Of a stretch of 64,000 nucleotides of DNA, positions 19,044-29,020 are shown one piece after another (within the stretch, counting starts at the first letter, position 1; each line of letters begins with the position of its first letter). Where the stretch lies: contig DATFGP010000022.1 in the NCBI GenBank assembly GCA_035249365.1, forward strand, positions 192,013 to 256,012, written 5' to 3'. This DNA is from Pyrinomonadaceae bacterium (GTDB lineage: Bacteria; Acidobacteriota; Blastocatellia; Pyrinomonadales; Pyrinomonadaceae). Made by a program: the position numbers and the translations under genes. The notes below the pieces were generated by a model, which did no database searches, was not told the DNA's origin, and saw only the letters and a program-made list of their open reading frames with translations.

Positions 19044-21260
19044 TTAGAGGTTTTGCAAGATGAAATCGGTCATCATCTGTCGCATGTGTTTGACGAGCAG
19101 TGGGTCTGTGACGCCGTGGCGCGACTTGGGATAGAGCATGAGTTGGAAGGGCTTGCCCGCCTTCTGTAGTTCGTAGGCAAACTGTATGGTGTTCTGGACG
19201 TGTACGTTGTCGTCCATCAGGCCATGTATGAGCAGGATTTTTCCGTTCAGGTCTTTGGCGCTGTAGAGTGGCGAAGCCTTGCGATAGCCTTCGGGGTTGT
19301 TCTGCGGCGTGCCCATGTAACGCTCTGTGTAGATGCTGTCGTAATCGCGCCAGTCGGCGACCGTGCCTCCGGCAATGCCGATCTTGAAGCTCTTGCTGTG
19401 CGTCAAGGCGTAAGAGGTCATGAAGCCGCCGTAGCTCCATCCCCAGATGCCTATGCGCGAGCCGTCAACGTAGGGCTGCGACTTCAACCACGCAACGCCG
19501 TCTTCCAGATCGCGCAGTTCCAACTCGCCGAAGTTGCGATAGACAGGCCAAGCCGACTCGACGCCCTTGTTGCTCGCCGTGCGATTGTCGCAGACCCAGA
19601 TGATGTAGCCCTTCTGCGCGAGCATCTGATGCCACATGTAAGCGCCGCCGCCCCACGCGTCGCGCACCTGCGCCGCCTGCGGCCCGCTGTAGGTGAACGA
19701 CATCACCGGATATTTTTTCGACGGGTCGAAGTCGGGCGGGCGAATCATCATCGCTTCCATCGTGAAGCCGTCGCGCGTTTTGACCTGCATTAGTTCGGCC
19801 TTGCCGAGTTTGTACTGCGAGAGCGCGGCGACTTTGTTTTCCGCAAGCACGCGCACGAGTTTGCCGTTCGCATCGAAGAGACGAACTTGCTGCGGCGTGT
19901 TCAGATCGCTCCAGTAATGTACGTAGTGCGTGAAGGTCGGGTTGAAATCAACTCGATGCGAACCGTTGAGTTGTGTGAGTCGCGTGCGCTCCGTGCCGTC
20001 GAGCTTGATGCGGTAAGCGTTCGAGGCGACGTTGCTGTGCTCGGTGCCAGTGAAATAGATGAAGCCTTTCGCTTCGTCAACGCCCTGCACGGCACGAATC
20101 TCCCAAGTGCCGTCCGTCACCTGCCGGATCAACTTGCCGTCCGCCGAGTAGTGATAGAGATGCTGCCTGCCGCTGCGGTCGCTGAGCCAGAGGAACGAGC
20201 CATCTTTCAGAAAGCGCGGGTTGTCGTCCTTCGCTTCGACCCAAGCCTTCGTCTCCTCGCGGAAGAGTGTAGAGGTCTTGCCGTCGGAAGCGTTGGCGAG
20301 ATTTAGGTCGAGATACTTCTGCTCGCGATCCTGCGCGCTGAAGATGACCTTGCGACTGTCTGGCGTCCAGCCGACGCGCGTGATCAAGAGGTCTTCGGGC
20401 ATGTACTTGCTGGTGTCAACCCAGCGCGTCGCGCCGCCCGATGCGTTGACGATGCCGAGTTTGACAATCGGGTTCGGGTCGCCCGCCTTCGGGTAAGGCG
20501 TGATCTCCAATTCCTGCCTGACCGGAATGTGATCCACGACCGTGAACTCATGCACAGGAGTTTCGTCCAGACGCAGGTAAACGATCATGTCCGAATCGGG
20601 ACTCCACCAGTAGCCCTCGAAGTTGCCGCGCCCGTAGAGTTCCTCTTGATAGACCCAGTCGAGCCGACCGTTCAAAATTTTGGGCGAGCCATCGCTTGTG
20701 AGCGCGCGTTCTTTTTGCGTGGCGAGGTCAACGATGTGGATGTTGTTGCCGCGCACGTAGGAGACCATGCGCCCGTCGGGGCTGAACGTCTCGCCGACCT
20801 CTTCGTCAGGGCTGTTGGTCAGACGCCACGCGCGATCCGAGCCGAACTCGTAATAGAAGAGATCGTTGGCGTGATTGAGAAGCGCGCCCGTCTGCGCAGG
20901 ATTCAACTGGTAGTTGGTGCGATTGGCGAGGCGGCGCGCGTCGTCCTTAGACATGCCGGGGAGCGCGGCGAGCGCCGCTTCCATCTTCGCCGCGTTGAAG
21001 AAGGCTGCCGACTCGCCCGTCAGCGCGTCAACGCGCAGGAGGCGCGGCGTGTTGGGCTTCGTCGGGTCGCCCGCGACGAGATAGCTTTTGCCGTCCTTGA
21101 GCCAGCGCGGGTTCGGCGTCGAGCCGCTGAAGTTGACGCGCTTGGCTGGCGACGGGTCAAAGAGTTCGTCAATGGTCAGCAATTTCTCCTGCGCGAGCGC
21201 GGCGGAGGAAAAGCTGAGCAGAACAAAAGCGAGTGTGAAAAGTTTCTGGCGCTTAAGCAC
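19044..21260 (-). CDS. S9 family peptidase, dipeptidyl-peptidase IV-like (beta-propeller + alpha/beta hydrolase)
   Basis: Signal peptide, and a GWSYGG nucleophile elbow in the C-terminal catalytic domain. Confidence 0.9.
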   Translation of the reverse strand: MLKRQKLFTLAFVLLSFSSAALAQEKLLTIDELFDPSPAKRVNFSGSTPNPRWLKDGKSYLVAGDPTKPNTPRLLRVDALTGESAAFFNAAKMEAALAALPGMSKDDARRLANRTNYQLNPAQTGALLNHANDLFYYEFGSDRAWRLTNSPDEEVGETFSPDGRMVSYVRGNNIHIVDLATQKERALTSDGSPKILNGRLDWVYQEELYGRGNFEGYWWSPDSDMIVYLRLDETPVHEFTVVDHIPVRQELEITPYPKAGDPNPIVKLGIVNASGGATRWVDTSKYMPEDLLITRVGWTPDSRKVIFSAQDREQKYLDLNLANASDGKTSTLFREETKAWVEAKDDNPRFLKDGSFLWLSDRSGRQHLYHYSADGKLIRQVTDGTWEIRAVQGVDEAKGFIYFTGTEHSNVASNAYRIKLDGTERTRLTQLNGSHRVDFNPTFTHYVHYWSDLNTPQQVRLFDANGKLVRVLAENKVAALSQYKLGKAELMQVKTRDGFTMEAMMIRPPDFDPSKKYPVMSFTYSGPQAAQVRDAWGGGAYMWHQMLAQKGYIIWVCDNRTASNKGVESAWPVYRNFGELELRDLEDGVAWLKSQPYVDGSRIGIWGWSYGGFMTSYALTHSKSFKIGIAGGTVADWRDYDSIYTERYMGTPQNNPEGYRKASPLYSAKDLNGKILLIHGLMDDNVHVQNTIQFAYELQKAGKPFQLMLYPKSRHGVTDPLLVKHMRQMMTDFILQNL

Positions 21261-21286
21261 TATGAGATTCTCCTGAGTTAGTTATT

Positions 21287-21345
21287 AGCTTTTTGTGTCG
21301 GCTAAGAGCTAACAGCTAATAGCCAACAGCTTATTAATCGGTATC
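21287..21345. repeat. Short foldback element, AGCTAAC/AGCTAAT heptamer type
   Basis: GTTATTAGCT ... GGCTAAGAGCTAACAGCTAATAGCC arms. Confidence 0.5.
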
Positions 21346-21488
21346 ACTGAATTTGTTTTGGACGCTCTCAGCATTCAGCCAAAATCAACCGCGTCTGTCA
21401 AGACGGTGCGGGTTGATACGCGGCGCAGGCACGGTGGGTTTCACGCCAAAACGCTGGCTTCCCCGCCCTCCGTCGTCGTTTGCCGCGC

Positions 21489-21517
21489 TTGACAGTCGCC
21501 GTCTGACGCGAGTATAA
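21489..21517 (+). promoter_or_regulatory. Putative sigma70-type promoter of the metH-like leader (TTGACA-N17-GTATAA)
   Basis: Exact TTGACA, a 17-nt spacer, and a TATAAT-like hexamer, about 240 nt upstream of the metH-like start. Confidence 0.45.
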
Positions 21518-21628
21518 GCGCGTTGAGCAAAGACGTGGTGAGTTAAGGCGACTTGCGGCCACGTAAAATAAACAGCTAAACAGCACGGCTCTCCAAGAGA
21601 GCATCTCCAACTTCAAGACGCTTTTTTG

Positions 21629-21662
21629 AAGTCCCGCGTTGTTTGGCGCGGGAGTTTTTTTT
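21629..21662 (+). terminator. Rho-independent terminator/attenuator in the metH-like leader
   Basis: TCCCGCG-ttgtttgg-CGCGGGA stem followed by T8. Confidence 0.7.
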
Positions 21663-21665
21663 AAG

Positions 21666-21751
21666 TGACAAGTGACGAGTGACAAGTGACAAGTTAAATC
21701 AAAAAACTTGTCTTCCATCTTGTCACTCGTCACTTGTCACTCGTCACTGAT
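21666..21751. repeat. Foldback element R4 (GTGACAA type), ending 5 nt before the metH-like ATG
   Basis: AAGTGACAAGTGACGAGTGACAAGTGACAAG ... CTTGTCACTCGTCACTTGTCACTCGTCACTG. Confidence 0.85.
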
Positions 21752-21756
21752 TTCTT

Positions 21757-23652
21757 ATGGAAAACTTTCGAGACCTTTTGGCGAGCGATCAGATCACGGT
21801 GTTTGACGGCGCGATGGGCACGATGCTCTACGCGAAGGGCGTCTACATCAATCGCTCCTACGACGAGTTGAATTTGACGAATCCCGATCTCGTGCGCGAG
21901 GTGCATCAGGAATACGTGCGCGCGGGCGCGGACGTGATCGAGACGAACACCTTCGGCGCGACCGCACACAACTTGCAGCAGTACGGGTTGGAAGCGAACC
22001 TGCGCAAGATCAACATCATCGCCGCGCAACTCGCACGCGAGGCCGCCTGCGAGCGTTGCCACGTCGCAGGCGCAATCGGCCCTCTCGGACTCCGCATAGA
22101 GCCTTACGGCCCCACCTCTTTCGACGAAGCGAAGGAGATGTTCAAGGAACAAGTCTCCGCGCTCCTCGAAGGCGGCGTTGATCTCTTCATACTCGAAACC
22201 TTCTCCGACATCTCAGAGATACGTCAGGCGCTCCGCGCCGTGCGCGAACTGTGCGACCTGCCCGTCGTCGCGCAGATGACTATACTGTCGGACGGCAACA
22301 CCTCTTACGGCACGACGCCCGAAGTCTTCACCACGCGCCTCGACGAATGGGGCGCGGACGTGATCGGCCTCAACTGCGGCGTCGGCCCTGCCGACGTGCT
22401 GACGGCCATCGAGAAGATGCGCGCCGTGACGGACAAGAAATTGTCCGCACAACCGAACGCAGGACTTCCGCGCGACGTTCAGGGGCGGCAGTTCTACATG
22501 TGCTCGCCCGAATACATGGCGAAGTACGCGAAGCGTCTCATACAGGCGGGCGTGAAAGTCATCGGCGGCTGCTGCGGCACGACGCCCGCGCACATCAAAC
22601 TCATTTCCGACGCCGTGCGCGCCGCCTCGCCGCGTAAGCAACGCGCCGTGATGAAACCGTCGCAGCCGGTGCGCATCGAAGAGTTGCAGCCTGCCGATAT
22701 TCAAGTCGTGCCGATGGAGGAGCGTTCCAACTGGGCGCGTCGCATCTCGCGCGGCGAGTTCGTCACGACCGTCGAAGTGCTGCCGCCGAAAGGTTGCGAC
22801 GCCGCGAAGACGCTCGATCAAATTCGCCTGCTCAAAACCGCTGGCGTCAACGCCGTCAACATCCCCGACGGCCCGCGCGCGCAGACGCGCATGAGCGCAC
22901 AGGCCACAGCCCTTTTAGTCGAACGCGAAATCGGACTCGAAGCCGTGCTTCACTATTGTTGCCGCGACCGCAATCTGCTCGGCATGATGTCCGATCTTTT
23001 GGGCGCGGCGGCGCTCGGCCTGCGCAATTTGCTGCTCATCACAGGCGACCCGCCGAAGATGGGGCCGTACCCCGATGCCACAGCCGTCTTCGACATCGAC
23101 TCCATCGGCCTGACCAACATGGTCAACAAACTCAATCACGGCCTCGACCTCGGCAACAACCCCATCGGTTGCCCGACATCGTTCTGCATCGGCGTCGGCG
23201 TCAACCCCGGCGCGATCAATCTGGAAGAAGAGATCAAACGTTTCGAGTACAAGGTCGAGGCGGGCGCGGAGTACGCCATCACGCAACCCGTCTTCGACGT
23301 GGGGCAACTGCGCGACTTCCTCAAACTCATCGAGCACGTACGCATCCCCGTCATCGCAGGAATCTGGCCGCTCGTCTCCTTCCGAAACGCGGAGTTCCTG
23401 CACAACGAAGTGCCGGGCGTGCGCGTCACGCCCTCGATCATGGAGCGCATGCGCCGTGCATCCGACATCGGCAAAGAGGCGGCGCGCGACGAGGGCTTGC
23501 AGATCGCGCGCGAATCCCTGCTCGAAGTGCGCGACCTGATTCAAGGCGTCCAAGTCTCCGCCCCGTTCAACAACGTGCGTTACGCGCTCGAAGTCTTCGA
23601 GGCTTTGCCCGAGTTCAGCGCACAACGCGAAGCAACAAGAGTCGCCGGTTAA
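21757..23652 (+). CDS. Bifunctional homocysteine S-methyltransferase / 5,10-methylenetetrahydrofolate reductase (YitJ-like)
   Basis: The N-terminal Hcy-binding domain (GAMGTML, NTFGAT, GLNCG, GGCCGTTP) is followed directly by an MTHFR-like TIM barrel. There are no pterin-binding or B12 domains. Confidence 0.85.
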   Translation: MENFRDLLASDQITVFDGAMGTMLYAKGVYINRSYDELNLTNPDLVREVHQEYVRAGADVIETNTFGATAHNLQQYGLEANLRKINIIAAQLAREAACERCHVAGAIGPLGLRIEPYGPTSFDEAKEMFKEQVSALLEGGVDLFILETFSDISEIRQALRAVRELCDLPVVAQMTILSDGNTSYGTTPEVFTTRLDEWGADVIGLNCGVGPADVLTAIEKMRAVTDKKLSAQPNAGLPRDVQGRQFYMCSPEYMAKYAKRLIQAGVKVIGGCCGTTPAHIKLISDAVRAASPRKQRAVMKPSQPVRIEELQPADIQVVPMEERSNWARRISRGEFVTTVEVLPPKGCDAAKTLDQIRLLKTAGVNAVNIPDGPRAQTRMSAQATALLVEREIGLEAVLHYCCRDRNLLGMMSDLLGAAALGLRNLLLITGDPPKMGPYPDATAVFDIDSIGLTNMVNKLNHGLDLGNNPIGCPTSFCIGVGVNPGAINLEEEIKRFEYKVEAGAEYAITQPVFDVGQLRDFLKLIEHVRIPVIAGIWPLVSFRNAEFLHNEVPGVRVTPSIMERMRRASDIGKEAARDEGLQIARESLLEVRDLIQGVQVSAPFNNVRYALEVFEALPEFSAQREATRVAG

Positions 23653-23712
23653 CCGACGGCACGCGCGACTGTGATTGAACGCGGCAAGGCAATCGAAGAC
23701 TCACCGCAGAGA

Positions 23713-23800
23713 CGCAGAGGACGCAGATGGGGCGCAGAGAAAGACATTAATCTTCTCTCTGCGCCCCATCTGCGTCCTCTGCGTCTCTGCGGTGAATGTT
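23713..23800. repeat. Foldback element, CGCAGAG/ACGCAGA heptamer type, downstream of the metH-like gene
   Basis: CGCAGAGACGCAGAGGACGCAGATGGGGCGCAGAGAA ... TTCTCTCTGCGCCCCATCTGCGTCCTCTGCGTCTCTGCG. Probably terminator-competent. Confidence 0.7.
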
Positions 23801-24038
23801 TTTAACTCCCCTCCACTAACTCGCGTTCTCAACGCGCAAACTTTTCCTTGTATTTTTTACGCTTAGTTGTAGAATGCGCCGGTCAAACCCACGCTGGCGC
23901 GCTAAGGATGCGTTTCCCAATTCGCACCTGTTAATTTCAACGCGCGCACATGGCGACATCGCACACCTCAACGCGCTGTCCGCTCACACACTCGACAACA
24001 AACCCACGCGTCTCCGGTAAACATATCTTTTTATCGGC

Positions 24039-27000
24039 GTGCCTGCGCTCCGCCTGCACGCCGACAGGAGCACCTGCTTGAACTCTCACACAAGGCAGCT
24101 TGCCGCGTCTCTCTGCGCTTCGCTCGCGCTCGGTCTGTGGGTCGTCGTCGGCGTACGCTCGCAGAACGATGCGGTGCGCCGCATCACCAACACGCCCGAA
24201 CGCACACTTAACCTCAACCCCACAATCAGCGGCGACGGCCAACACATCGCTTTTGAATCAAACGCAAATTTGACGACCACGAGCGTCGCGGGCTTTCACA
24301 CTCTACGCGCCGACCTGACGGGCAACAGTGCAGCGTTCACGCAGATAGCCGCATCGCGCGCCCCCGCTCCGGCCATCTCGCGCGACGGCTCGCGTCTCGC
24401 ATTCGCCAGCCGCGAAAACCTCACGGGCGAAAATCCCGACGGCAACTCCGAGATATTTTTATTCGCCGACGGGAAGTTGCGACAAGTGACAAATACATCG
24501 CCGCATGATGCAACGCTTCGCATCGCCGACGGAAACTTTCAGCCTTCAATCTCCAACGACGGCCAGCTTGTCGCATTCGCTTCCAACCGCGATCTCACGG
24601 GCGCGAACGCGGATGCCAACCTGGAAGTGTTCATCTATGATTCGACTACTCGCATCACGACGCAGATCACCGACACGACAAACATCATCGGTTCAAGCGA
24701 CGCCAAACTTAGCGGCGACGGAGCGCGCGTCGCCTTCATACGCGACGACGGCGCGGCGGGCGACGACGTTTCAAACGCGCGCGACCTGATGTTGTTTGAG
24801 CGCGCCGCTAATTCGATGCTCACGATCGCAAAAGACGTTGACGGCCTCGCCCTTACCTATGGCCGCGCGACGAGCGACGACGGCCAGCGCGTCGTCTACG
24901 CTGCACAGACGGCGGCGCGTACGACGCAAGTATTCCTCTACGACGGGCGCAACGCTCAAACGCGCAGAATCACTTCGCTCGGCTCGCGCGCCGCAGACGT
25001 GCCGCTTCACCCGACCATCAGCGGCGACGGCTCGCGCATAGCCTTCGCCACGCGCCGCAACGTCACGGGCGGCAACTCCGACGCGAGCGTCGAGCTTTAC
25101 GTTTACGATTTGCCGTCCGACAAAATCACACGCGTCACGGGTGCGCCCGCCGCTGCAACCGCCGAAGTCGTCTCCTCGCTCAACGAAGACGGCTCGCTCG
25201 TCGCTTTCAACTTCCCGCGCGTACACGACGAAACAGTCTCCGACAGCGAGTTCGCCAACAACTCCGAAATTTATCTCGCGCGTCTCGAAGCGCGCGCCCC
25301 CTTCTCCACCAATCTGCAAATTATCAACGGCGCGTCGTTCGGCAAAGAGCCTGCAAATCCAAAATCCATCGCGCGCGGTCAAATCGCCGTTGCGACGGGC
25401 ATCAATCTCGCGCTCGGCGCGACGCGCGCAGCGCGCCTGCCCGACGGCACGTTTCCACGCAAACTCGGCGGCGCGACGCTTCAAGTCAACGGGCGCGACG
25501 CACAACTCTTTTATGCTTCGCCGACGCAGATCAATTTCGTCGTTCCGGACGAAACCGAGACGGGCACGGCGCAAGTCGTCTTGCGAAATCACGACGGACA
25601 GGAGTCGCGCGCTTCCGTCGCGGTCGTGAACGCTGCGCCCGGTGTCTTCACTGAGAAAGGCGACGGCAGCGGCGTTTGCATCGCGCTCGATGCCGATACT
25701 CTTTTGCGCAGCCCTTTCGATCCGGTTGACGCCGCGAACGGGTTGCGACGCCTCACGATTTTTTCAACCGGCGTCAGGCACGCGAAAGACGTAACGGTCA
25801 ACGTCGGGGGGCGCGAGTTGACGGTCGAAAGCGTCTTGCCATCGCCAGATTTGCCCGGCTTAGACGAGATTCACGTTTTGCTCACGCGTTCACTCGCGGG
25901 CGCGGGCGTCGTCCCGCTCGTCGTCCGCGCGGACGGGCGCGCGAGCAACCAGACGACGATCACTTTCACGGGCACGCGCCGCGCCGCGCGTCTCTCGCTT
26001 GAGCCTTCGGCGGCTTCGATTGGCGTCGGCAGGTCTCTGCGTTTCGTGGCAACCGTGCGAGACGAGGATGGTGTCGAGATCACAAACGCGCCCGTTAGTT
26101 TCGCTTCAAGTGATGAAAGCGTCGCGCCGGTTGACACGGACGGGTTGGCGCGCGGTCTGCGTGCCGGAACGGCGACGATCAAGGCCACGTCGGGCGCTGT
26201 GTCGGCGACGGCGCAACTCACAGTCTTTCCGCTCTCGCTCGTCATCAACGAGATACTGGCCGACCCGCCCGACGGCGCGGCGGGCGACGCCAATCACGAC
26301 GGCGCGCGCAGTTCGACGCAGGACGAGTTCATAGAGATCGTCAACGCCTCGACCGTCGATCTCGACATCGGCGGCTATCAACTCACCGTTCGCGCCTCCA
26401 GCGGCGCGGACACCGTGCGCCACATCTTCGCGGCACACACCATCGTCGCACCCGGAACGGCAATCGTCGTCTTCGGCGGCGCACAAGCCGCGACGTTCGA
26501 TTCAGCAAATCCCGCCTTCGCGGGCGCGTTAGTCGTGATGGCTTCGACGGGCGGTTTATCTCTCACAAATGGCGGCAGCACCGTCAAGCTGCTCGACCCG
26601 TCGGGCGCAGTTATCGAACAACTAACTTACGGCGGCGCAACTGACGCCGATGGCGACCGCAATCAATCGCTGACACGCGCGCCCGACATCACGGGCGACT
26701 TCGCCTTGCACCAAACTGCGCCTCAAAGCGGCGGGCGCGTTTTCTCTCCCGGCACGCGCATTGACGGCGCACCCTTTAGTCTCACGGTTCCCATCGCACG
26801 CATCGAAGTCGCGCCCGCGTCGGCGAGCATCGAACGCGGCGCGCGGCAACAGTTCACGGCGCGCGCTTTCGATGCGAACGAAAACGAAATTCACGGAATC
26901 ATCTTCCGCTGGCAATCAAGCGACGCGTTGGTTGCAACGATTGACGACAACGGGCTGGCGCAATCAATCGCAACAGGCGACACGCAGATCACAGCCCACG

Positions 27001-28985
27001 CGCGCGGCATGCGATCCGCGCCCGCGATGCTCCGCGTGCTACAGCCTCAACCGAAAGTTGCGCGCGTGGAGGTTACGCCCGCCGCAGCCTCTATCAATCG
27101 CGGCGGCACGATTCAATTCAACGCGCAAGCCTTCGACTTCAATAATCAACCTGTGAGCGATGCGAGTTTCACCTGGTCTTCGAGCAACGCTTCGATTGCG
27201 ACTGTTGACGCCGCAGGATTAGCGCGCGGCACGGGCATCGGCGCGGCCACGATCACGGCCACGACGAGCGACGGTGCGGGCGGCGTGGTTGCGAATGGGG
27301 CGTCGCTTGAAATACGCGTCCCCCTCGTCATCAACGAAATTTTCGCAGACGTGCCGCCCGATGATTCTTCAACCGTCGCCGTCGAAGGCGATGCGAACCG
27401 CGACGGCGCACGTAGTTCCGACGATGATGAATTTGTAGAGTTGGTGAACTACTCGCGTGCGACGGTGGACATTTCCGGCATGACCGTCTCGGACGCAACC
27501 TCCAAACGGTTCACCTTCCCCGCAGGCACGCTCCTCGCAGCGGGTCGCGCTGTCGTCATCTTCGGAGGCGGCGCGCCTCCCCGCGACGATCCGGCCTTCG
27601 GCGGCGCACAAATCTTCAACGCCGCGTCGCTCGGCCTAAATGACGCGGGCGACACCGTGACGCTCAAACTTCCGGTCGGCGACGTGGAAATCGCGTTTGC
27701 CTCGCAAAGCTATGGCACGGGCGCGGCGAGCGCGCCTCCCGCGCCAAGCGATCAATCTTTGACGCGCTCGCCCGACGCCGGTCTGGATTCGACGGGCGGC
27801 GACTTCACAGCCCACACACAGGCGACGAACGCGGCGACACGCGCTTTCTCGCCCGGCACACGCGCCGACGGTACGCCGTTCGCTTCGCCACCCATCTCGC
27901 GCATTTCGATCCTTCCAACGTCCGCCGCAATTGAGATCGGCGCGTCTCAAAGTTTCGACGCGCGTGCGTATGCGTTGCTCGACGGAGTTGAGTTTGAAGT
28001 GCCGAACGTGTCGTTCATCTGGGATTCGAGCGACGCGGGCAAAGCGTCCGTCGCGCCGACGACCGGAGCAAGTACGACAGCCCGCGCCGCATCGGCAGGC
28101 AGCACGCAGATTCGCGCACGTGCGGGAGGCAGAGATGCTACGGCGACGCTCACAGTAAATCCTCCACCGCCGCCGCCCGTCGCGCGCATCGAAGTCGCGC
28201 CGCCGTCCGCGACTATCGGCGTTGGCGCGTCGCAGCAATTCACCGCGAAGGCTTTCGACGCCAACGGACAGGAGCTATCGGGCGTCACTTTCACTTGGAC
28301 GACGAGCAACGCGAATGTCGCGGCCATTGACGCTAACGGACTGGCGACGGGCAAGGCGGCGGGGACTTGTGAAGTGCGGGCAACGTCCGCGAACACGACG
28401 AGCGCGCCCGCGATGTTGACCGTCACGCCGCCGCGCGCGCCTTCTGCGGGCGAGGTCATAATCAACGAAGCCCTCGTCGCCTTCGCATCTTCGACGACGC
28501 AAACGCGCAGAGACTTCGTAGAGCTTTTCAACACGACCAATCAAACGCTCGACATCACCGGCCTCGTCCTCACGTTCCGCCCGTCAGGCTCTGCCAACGC
28601 TCCGCAGTCCGTGATGATCGCAAACGCGTCGGGCACGAGATTCCTGATTCAGCCGCGCGGCTATTTTCTCATCGCGAACGGCGCGGACACCTTCGGCGTT
28701 CAGGCTGACTTCGACGCTGGCGATTTTGATCTTAACAACACGACGGGCGGGATCAAGATCGAGTTGAGCGGCGCGAAATTAGACGGGCTGGCATATCAGG
28801 GAGGCAGCGCGCCGCCCGCCGCACCGTTCAACGCGTTCGGCGAAGGCGCGATACTCGTCTTCACTTCTGGGACGACGAACGATCTCATACGTAGCCCGAA
28901 CGCCGTTGACACAAACAACAACGCGACCGATTTTCGTCGCAACGGCACAATCTCAAGCGTCAGCCCGAAAGCGGCAAATCCTTAA
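24039..28985 (+). CDS. Very large secreted/surface protein with WD40-like beta-propeller repeats, Big_2 Ig-like domains and three lamin-tail (LTD) domains
   Basis: 1648 aa. TolB-like repeats recur (PTISGDGxxIAF...N(L/V)TG). The LTD signature INE(I/A)LADPP...DEF(I/V)E(I/L)(V/F)N appears three times. The exact start is uncertain. Confidence 0.8.
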   Translation: MPALRLHADRSTCLNSHTRQLAASLCASLALGLWVVVGVRSQNDAVRRITNTPERTLNLNPTISGDGQHIAFESNANLTTTSVAGFHTLRADLTGNSAAFTQIAASRAPAPAISRDGSRLAFASRENLTGENPDGNSEIFLFADGKLRQVTNTSPHDATLRIADGNFQPSISNDGQLVAFASNRDLTGANADANLEVFIYDSTTRITTQITDTTNIIGSSDAKLSGDGARVAFIRDDGAAGDDVSNARDLMLFERAANSMLTIAKDVDGLALTYGRATSDDGQRVVYAAQTAARTTQVFLYDGRNAQTRRITSLGSRAADVPLHPTISGDGSRIAFATRRNVTGGNSDASVELYVYDLPSDKITRVTGAPAAATAEVVSSLNEDGSLVAFNFPRVHDETVSDSEFANNSEIYLARLEARAPFSTNLQIINGASFGKEPANPKSIARGQIAVATGINLALGATRAARLPDGTFPRKLGGATLQVNGRDAQLFYASPTQINFVVPDETETGTAQVVLRNHDGQESRASVAVVNAAPGVFTEKGDGSGVCIALDADTLLRSPFDPVDAANGLRRLTIFSTGVRHAKDVTVNVGGRELTVESVLPSPDLPGLDEIHVLLTRSLAGAGVVPLVVRADGRASNQTTITFTGTRRAARLSLEPSAASIGVGRSLRFVATVRDEDGVEITNAPVSFASSDESVAPVDTDGLARGLRAGTATIKATSGAVSATAQLTVFPLSLVINEILADPPDGAAGDANHDGARSSTQDEFIEIVNASTVDLDIGGYQLTVRASSGADTVRHIFAAHTIVAPGTAIVVFGGAQAATFDSANPAFAGALVVMASTGGLSLTNGGSTVKLLDPSGAVIEQLTYGGATDADGDRNQSLTRAPDITGDFALHQTAPQSGGRVFSPGTRIDGAPFSLTVPIARIEVAPASASIERGARQQFTARAFDANENEIHGIIFRWQSSDALVATIDDNGLAQSIATGDTQITAHARGMRSAPAMLRVLQPQPKVARVEVTPAAASINRGGTIQFNAQAFDFNNQPVSDASFTWSSSNASIATVDAAGLARGTGIGAATITATTSDGAGGVVANGASLEIRVPLVINEIFADVPPDDSSTVAVEGDANRDGARSSDDDEFVELVNYSRATVDISGMTVSDATSKRFTFPAGTLLAAGRAVVIFGGGAPPRDDPAFGGAQIFNAASLGLNDAGDTVTLKLPVGDVEIAFASQSYGTGAASAPPAPSDQSLTRSPDAGLDSTGGDFTAHTQATNAATRAFSPGTRADGTPFASPPISRISILPTSAAIEIGASQSFDARAYALLDGVEFEVPNVSFIWDSSDAGKASVAPTTGASTTARAASAGSTQIRARAGGRDATATLTVNPPPPPPVARIEVAPPSATIGVGASQQFTAKAFDANGQELSGVTFTWTTSNANVAAIDANGLATGKAAGTCEVRATSANTTSAPAMLTVTPPRAPSAGEVIINEALVAFASSTTQTRRDFVELFNTTNQTLDITGLVLTFRPSGSANAPQSVMIANASGTRFLIQPRGYFLIANGADTFGVQADFDAGDFDLNNTTGGIKIELSGAKLDGLAYQGGSAPPAAPFNAFGEGAILVFTSGTTNDLIRSPNAVDTNNNATDFRRNGTISSVSPKAANP

Positions 28986-28987
28986 GA

Positions 28988-29020
28988 ACAGTGACGAGTG
29001 ACAAGTGACAAGTGACGAGA
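28988..29020. repeat. Left arm of an R4 foldback element whose loop carries a protein gene
   Basis: CAGTGACGAGTGACAAGTGACAAGTGACGAG. Pairs with the right arm at 29384-29426. Confidence 0.8.

Noticed and set aside
21398-21733. 111-aa minus-strand ORF in the metH-like upstream region
   Set aside because: It spans a predicted promoter, an intrinsic terminator and an R4 repeat. Its translation is repeat-derived (HLSLVTCHL). It is more likely non-coding leader RNA.
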